DNA of 64,000 nucleotides from an uncultured Gemmatimonadales bacterium (lineage in GTDB: Bacteria; Gemmatimonadota; Gemmatimonadetes; Longimicrobiales; Gaopeijiaceae), in the NCBI GenBank assembly GCA_963823035.1, contig CAWGKG010000010.1:412071-476070 (forward strand), read 5' to 3'. Position numbers and translations under genes: made by a program. This document shows positions 58,657-64,000 of this stretch, piece after piece; position 1 is the first letter of the stretch; each line of letters begins with the position of its first letter. The notes beneath the pieces were generated by a model that saw only the letters and a program-made list of their open reading frames with translations, made no database searches and was not told the origin of the DNA.

Positions 58657-59979
58657 TGTGGGTAGCGAAAAGCCCATCGCAGTGCGGGAACGGCTTACCG
58701 AGGGCCCGCGAGACAGCTACGGTAGAGTGGCCGGCGGGCTCATGTGCCCGGGCGACGGGCCGAAGAAGGGCCAGATGGCCGGCCTCGAGACCCGCACGGG
58801 GCGACACGCTCGTCTGGGGCACGCGATGGCCTGCATCCGGCGGACCGGACGTCGAGAAGAGCCTTCTTCTGTGAACCGGAAGATCAGGCTGCGCGCCGGG
58901 CGTAGCGGTGATGGATCCCGCCAACCTGCGCATGCGCGACTACCTCGCCCAGCTCGGGTGGCTCAACCGCCCGGCCATCAGGGGAGTCGCCATCCAATGC
59001 ACGGTGGGTCCGCGAAGCGTGGTAGTAGGATGCGTAGCTCCGAAGCGCCCGTAGGAGATGGCGTTCGTTGAGCACGACGACGTGGTCGAGGCACTCCCGA
59101 CGAATGGAGCCGATCAGGCGCTCGCAATAGGCGTTCTGCCAGGGCGATCCCGGTGCCGTCAGCACTTCCTCGATCCCCATCGACCGGACGCGCCGGGCGA
59201 CGTCGCCGGCGAAGATCTTGTCCCGGTCATGAAGCAGGAAGCGAGGCCCTGTGTCGTAGGGGAACGCCTCGAGGATTTGTCGCGCCGTCCAGTCAGCGCT
59301 GGGTGACGTGGTGACGTTGAAGTGCAGGATCCGGCGTCGGTCATGCGCCATGATCACCAGGACGTAGAGCACGCGGAACGTGGCCGTTGGGACAACGAAG
59401 AAGTCCATCGCCACGATGTCACCCAGGTGGTTCTCCAGAAACGAGCGCCAGTTCTGGGATGGCTGCCTGGGCCGCGGCGGCCGATACCGCCGAACGGTGG
59501 AGTCGCTCACATCGATCCCGAGCTTGTGTAGCTCGGCTTGGATGCGCGGCGCGCCCCACGTCGGGTTCGAGCTCCACATGTGGCGAATCAGACGCCGCAC
59601 CGACGGATCAATCCGCGGCCGTCCTCCTTTGGGCCGGCTCTTCCAGCGCCAGTAGGCCCGAAAGCCTCTGCGGTGCCAGCCGACGACGGTGGCCGGTTGG
59701 ACGAGGATCAAGGCCCGGCGCCAACCCGGCCAGACGCGCCGGAGCCATATCCAGAAGACTCGATCGCGGTCCTTCAGGCGCACGTTCCCCTTCTGCCGCT
59801 GAAGGACGATCAGCTGCTGTCGGAGGGCCATGTTCTCAAGCGTCAGATCCCGTCGGCTCCTGAGCCCAGACAGCAGGCCCCACACCGCAATCCTGATCCA
59901 ATCCCCCATCGCCGCCCGCCTTCACTGAGTCGTCAAGAAGCGAGTAATCTCGCGGCCGATAGGGTTTTCGCTACCCACA
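58657..59979 (-). mobile_element. Insertion sequence of about 1.32 kb (IS481/IS3-superfamily-like)
   Basis: Terminal inverted repeats TGTGGGTAGCGAAAA(GCCCATC) and (GATAGGG)TTTTCGCTACCCACA, 15 bp perfect, enclosing one rve transposase. Confidence 0.85.
58884..59909 (-). CDS. Integrase-core (rve) DDE transposase
   Basis: NPTWGAPRIQAEL, AMDFF, LHDRD, PWQNAYCERLIGSIRRECLD. Confidence 0.92.
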   Translation of the reverse strand: MGDWIRIAVWGLLSGLRSRRDLTLENMALRQQLIVLQRQKGNVRLKDRDRVFWIWLRRVWPGWRRALILVQPATVVGWHRRGFRAYWRWKSRPKGGRPRIDPSVRRLIRHMWSSNPTWGAPRIQAELHKLGIDVSDSTVRRYRPPRPRQPSQNWRSFLENHLGDIVAMDFFVVPTATFRVLYVLVIMAHDRRRILHFNVTTSPSADWTARQILEAFPYDTGPRFLLHDRDKIFAGDVARRVRSMGIEEVLTAPGSPWQNAYCERLIGSIRRECLDHVVVLNERHLLRALRSYASYYHASRTHRALDGDSPDGRAVEPPELGEVVAHAQVGGIHHRYARRAA

Positions 59980-61003
59980 CGTGGTGGAGGCGGACATGGA
60001 GCAGGATGGATATGTCGTGTTGGGCCTTCTCCTTAGACGACGGGGCCTGGGCGTCAGCCCGGGTCCGGTACTGGGGTCGGCTCATTTGCTCGCGCTTCAG
60101 TCGGTCGGTGACTTCGTTCTTTCGCGGTGCGGTTTATGAGCCAGAGCGCCAGCGTCAGGAGCCCGCCGGGGAAACAGAAGGAGGGAGATGTGGGGTGCCC
60201 GCGCACCGAATCGAAACTTGATGGTCTTCGTGCCTGGGGGCATTTTTGAAACCGTGACGAGTCTTGTTCACCTGCAGCGTGGGGACTGGTCTCCTGTTTG
60301 GTAAGGCACGCCATGCGGAGAGCAACGTCGTCTAGAACACCATGAGCCGACTGCAGACGCGTCGACCTTCGCCCGGATCCTGTTCCGGCTGCCCCTCGAT
60401 GGAGAGGACGCGGGGCCCGGGGAGCGTTGGCCTCTCCGCCGACCCCCGCCAGGGACGCTCGGGGACCGGGGTCCGGCCCCCACCCAGCCCTCCCGACTCC
60501 TGCCCGGGGGTAGGGGTCTGGACCCTCTGAGCGTAAGAGACGCGTCAGAGAACGCGTCCTGCTCGTAGACGCTCGATGCCCGAAGCGTCGGGCGAGTGGA
60601 AGCCCCTTCGCTTCACCCATGCCGCGGGCCTCTTCCATCGGTGTTCGAGATGATCGCGTAGTTGAGCATCGAGTGCCTCGGAGTAAGTGACTCTCCAGGT
60701 AGTCGCCGGGAGGATGCTTCGGGGAGGGTGCCGGCGGTGTACAGAGGCAGGAATTCGAAGAACGAGGTGGGAGCGAGGGGGGGTTGAGATGAGACGTGGC
60801 CGAGTCGTACCTGTTTAAGGCTGGTCGACTGCCACAGGGCGATCCGCTGTATCTCGGCTCGCTGGAATATCCGATGATACGGGAAGGACCGGGTGGGCAG
60901 GGTTGATTCCGAGAACGGGAGGCCCTAAGGTGCCGCATGGGGCTCAACGAAATGTTGCACAACCGTAATCTGTGAGAAGTCCTGAACGACGGTCACGGTG
61001 CTC

Positions 61004-62427
61004 TCATGCGCAGACGACGAGCAAGATGGCGCCCGACCTGTGGTTGGGGCGCTCATCCAGGAGGCGACGAGGGAGAGGACGAAGAGGGTCGCGAACGCCA
61101 GGGAGTGCAGCGGATAGCGCCCGATCCAGCCGGCGAGGTCCGCGGCCGCCATCAGAAGCACGCCCCACAGGGCCAGGCCCAGCCGAAGGCCGGAGCCCGA
61201 GCCGCGGAGCCGTCGAAGCCACGATTCCGCACCGAGGCCCCCCGCCAGCGAGATGCTCGCACCCGCGAACAGGAGGAACTTGAACGGCCAGCGGAAGGAC
61301 GACCAGACCGGGAGTCCGTACAACACCCCCATCAGCCCCCCCCAGCGCCCGAGCGCGAGAAGCACGAAGAGCAGCGCGCTTGCGCCGGCGCACAGGAAGA
61401 GGAGCTCGGGCGACGCACTCCGTCGCACGCGCCGAAGCGATGTGGTTCCCGACGCCCTGATCGAGGCCCCCACTCCGAGGGCTCCTGCGCCCAGTGCCAG
61501 GACGATCCACGAGCCCTGGTAGAAGGACAAGGTGCCCGCCATTGGCATGTAGGTCTGCACCGAACGCAGGACCGGGGCGACGAAACTCACCAACTGCGAG
61601 GGAGCGACGCCATGGATGATGTACTGCCCGTATGGAAGCGGGCCAGCCCGTGGGGAGATCCGGCTCAAGAGATACACGGGCACGAGGATGGGAGCGCTCA
61701 GCAGGGCTCCCGCCATCAGAAGGCCGGCCCACCGTCTCCAGCCTCGGACCGTGACGCGTTCCGCCCAGCCGAAGAGCCCAGCCGTGACCAGGATCCAGAT
61801 CCACGTGTAGGCCAACATCTGTGGATAACCGATGGCCGCCACGAGCAGGAGACCCACCGGGACCCAGAGCCCGCGTGGATCGTCTGGATTGCGCAGAGCG
61901 CGGAGGCTTCCGTACAGGATCCACGGCATCCAGCACAGGACCCCCCCCATGAACGTCCAGAGTGGAATGGTGAGAGCCGCGAACCCTCCACCCTCGACGG
62001 AGAGAGCGGTCGCTCCCGCAAGCCAACGCCGGATGCCCAGGCTCTCGAACAAGATGAGCCACCCCAGGAGTCCCAACGCGAAATGGAAGGCGGCCACGAC
62101 GGCCATCAGCCAGCCCGGCCGACCCAGCGACTCGACGATCGCTACGGCTGCGGTGTAGATGGGATAGAACACGCCCGGTTGTCCGTATGCGAGCAGGGGT
62201 TCTCCCAGGTACTGGTGTGACGTCCAGAGGGGAAGCTGCCCGTGAAGCCAGCGGAGGTGCGCCAGGAGGATTGGCGGGGTGAAGTACTCGAGATTGTCCA
62301 ACCGGTCGTACGAGAAGTGCGGAGCCAGGGGGACAGCCAGGGCCACCGCCGCGCCGAACGCGAGGATGAACCAGAGCCGATAGGCGCCTACCCCGTGTGA
62401 CCTATGCGCGGAGGGGTCGGAATCCAT
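61004..62427 (-). pseudogene. YfhO-like polytopic membrane protein (GT-C-like), C-terminally truncated
   Basis: LPLWTSHQYLGEPLLAYGQPGVFYP, GYPQ, LLSAPILVP, FRWPFKF. The coding pattern ends near 61004. Confidence 0.6.
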
Positions 62428-62632
62428 TCCAGGTGTCCTCCTCCGAGCGAGAGTGGGCCCTTCCCAGAGGCGTCGACGACGCCCTCACGTCGACCGGATC
62501 ACCGGCCGGCTGATCCAGCGGCGACGGATGGGCATCATAGGGGCATGGCAGCCGCTACCGGCCCTGGCACGCACCTGATCGGCCCAAAGACGGAGAGGCG
62601 TTCACCTCTCGGAGTGGGAGCGCTTTCGTTCG

Positions 62633-62648
62633 TGCAAGCAAGGTACCC
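62633..62648 (-). promoter_or_regulatory. Possible sigma54 promoter upstream of the YfhO-like gene
   Basis: Minus strand GGGTACCTTGCTTGCA (GG-N10-GC), about 200 nt upstream of the ATG. Confidence 0.35.
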
Positions 62649-62759
62649 AGGGACCCAGGAGGAAAGCGCCGGTGGAGAGGTATGTCGGGCTGGACGCGCA
62701 TGCGTCAAGCTGCACGCTAGCGGTAATGGGCCCGAGCGGGGTTGGTGCTTGCCTCCCGA

Positions 62760-62826
62760 CAGAGGCTTCGTTGTGATGCGAAGCCCCTGACCCGGAGCCG
62801 CCGGCGTAGCGGAGGGGGCGGGATTC
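62760..62826 (-). repeat. tRNA-Ser-like 3' end followed by a terminator-like hairpin
   Basis: Minus strand GAATCCCGCCCCCTCCG (62810-62826), then the hairpin CAGGGGCTTCG-N8-CGAAGCCTCTG (62760-62789). Confidence 0.5.
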
Positions 62827-62906
62827 ACCTGCGGTGCGCCTGCGGCGCATCCTCGCTGCGCGCGTCGGTCCACGCCTGGATCTGGCGATACCGTCTCTGC
62901 TCCAAG

Positions 62907-64000
62907 GATAGGAAGTTCAACCGCACGGAGGGGCCAAAAAGCACGGTACGGAGCGAGAGGCCGGGGAGCAAGCTGGATCGCCCCGAAGAGGGAGGGGCGA
63001 GAAGTGGTGGAGGGGAAGAGCTGCTAGCGGCGGGAGGGGATGACCAGTGGGGCCATCGGGATGGCGCTGTGGGCGGTGGGGTACGCGAGGTGTCAGTCGT
63101 CGAAGCCGGGAGGCAGGGACTGGTCGAACTCGAAGTGGGCTCCGGCCGGCGTGCGACGGGATCGAAGGCGGGGGTCTGGTCGAGCAGGAAGTCGCCTTGT
63201 GGCGGGCCGCGAGCGGGAGAGACCAGAGGAGGACGGTGGGGGAGGTCGAGATGGAGGAGGATGGCGGAGACGACAGGCGGATCGGTGAGGAAGGCGAGGA
63301 TGGGCATCTGGCCACCGCACGCAGGGCAGAGAAGCGGCAGGACTTCGTAGATCCGGGCGAGGAGCACGGCCCAGCGGATACGCGCGGGGCTGGGGCGCCG
63401 AGAGGGTTCGGGATCGGGTAGGTCGCGCAGAGGTTGGGCGGGCGCGGGGACCTTGGGCGGGGGTGACTCTGTCTGGGGCCTGCCGATGGCGACAACGGCG
63501 GATCGGGCTCGCGCGTTCGGAGCAAGCACGCCGTGGTAACGATGGCGGTGTATGCGGGCCGGGGGTACGAACCGGGCGATGCGCTCCAGGAGTTGGAGAG
63601 GGAGAGGAGGATTTCGGTGCGCCAATCCGGGCGTGGGCCGGGGGAAGCGATAGAGCAGCCGGGCCTCGGGCGAGGCGAGGGTGGCCGTGCCGCCCAGGGC
63701 GTGAAGGCGTTCGAGGGCAAAGGGTGGCCGGGCACAGTAGCGGATCAGGCGCTCGACGCCCGCACGGTCCTCACCCTGGATGCGGACAGCAGCGTCGATG
63801 CTGAAGCCGCCGGAGCCCTGCCAGGAGAGCATGCCCTCGGCATCGACCTCGTCGAGAAGGCCGCGCGTGCGGAAGTACCGGAGCACGCGGCGCTGGACAA
63901 CACGCTGGAGGTCGAGCCAGTGGTGTTGCACGAGATGGGCCGCCTCGTGGAACCGGACGGTTCCTTCCGGGACCTGCGCGAAGACGCCGTCGAGGACGAC
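62907..64000 (-). mobile_element. IS91/ISCR-family rolling-circle element (oriIS end; runs off the window)
   Basis: oriIS-like GCGGTTGAACTTCCTATC (62907-62924, minus strand) downstream of the transposase and abutting CTTG. Confidence 0.85.
63093..64000 (-). CDS. IS91-family (HUH) transposase, 3' part, with frameshifts near 63630, 63600 and 63150
   Basis: VVLDGVF, GGFSIDAAV, ERLIRYCARPP, RYHGVLAPNA, WAVLLARIYEV, CPACGG, PARGPP. The C-terminus FEFDQSLPPGFDD ends at 63093. Confidence 0.9.

Noticed and set aside
60054..60962. 302-aa minus-strand ORF
   Set aside because: Pro/Ser/Arg-rich, no motifs and no coding-like codon bias.
60950..60993. Imperfect 17-nt direct repeats near the YfhO breakpoint as transposon-end binding sites
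   Set aside because: Only 11/17 identity, and no partner end or cognate transposase was identified.

Overview
GC-rich bacterial window. The gene set (ADOP permease with PadR, PEP-CTERM protein, LytS/LytTR pair) suggests Gemmatimonadota or Acidobacteriota, which is an inference. The window has three parts. (1) Bases 1-37555 look like the right part of a genomic island that ends in a degenerate 3' half of a tRNA-Lys(CTT)-like gene. It carries a histidine kinase, a single receiver protein and a sigma54 activator (GAFTGA). Nine exact GG-N10-GC sigma54-type promoters lie in front of its transcription units. Its genes cover stress proteins (glutathione-reductase-like, FNT, DoxX, epimerase-VKOR-SPW, PfpI, dodecin, DUF2188, ferritin-like, Kup), a GH100 invertase divergent from tal-pgi/gnd/zwf/glk, a PoxB-like enzyme, and a complete alternative complex III + caa3 oxidase operon. 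Several tiny internally deleted gene vestiges (pgl, LigD-PE, MscS) sit in its spacers. (2) Bases 37587-58574 look like core chromosome: LytS/LytTR, ADOP+PadR, CGNR zinc finger, a lipoprotein, a C39-like peptidase/RimK-RLAN/GCS2/FGase cluster, S9 peptidase, NSS transporter, class V aminotransferase, RNase P RNA, PEP-CTERM gene and tRNA-Arg(CCG). (3) Bases 58575-64000 are a mobile-element zone: an rve-type IS with TGT/ACA inverted repeats, a truncated YfhO-like gene, a tRNA-Ser-like 3' end and an IS91/ISCR element with a recognisable oriIS. About ten genes carry single-base frameshifts, most probably long-read indel errors. All family calls come from motif recognition; no database search was run.
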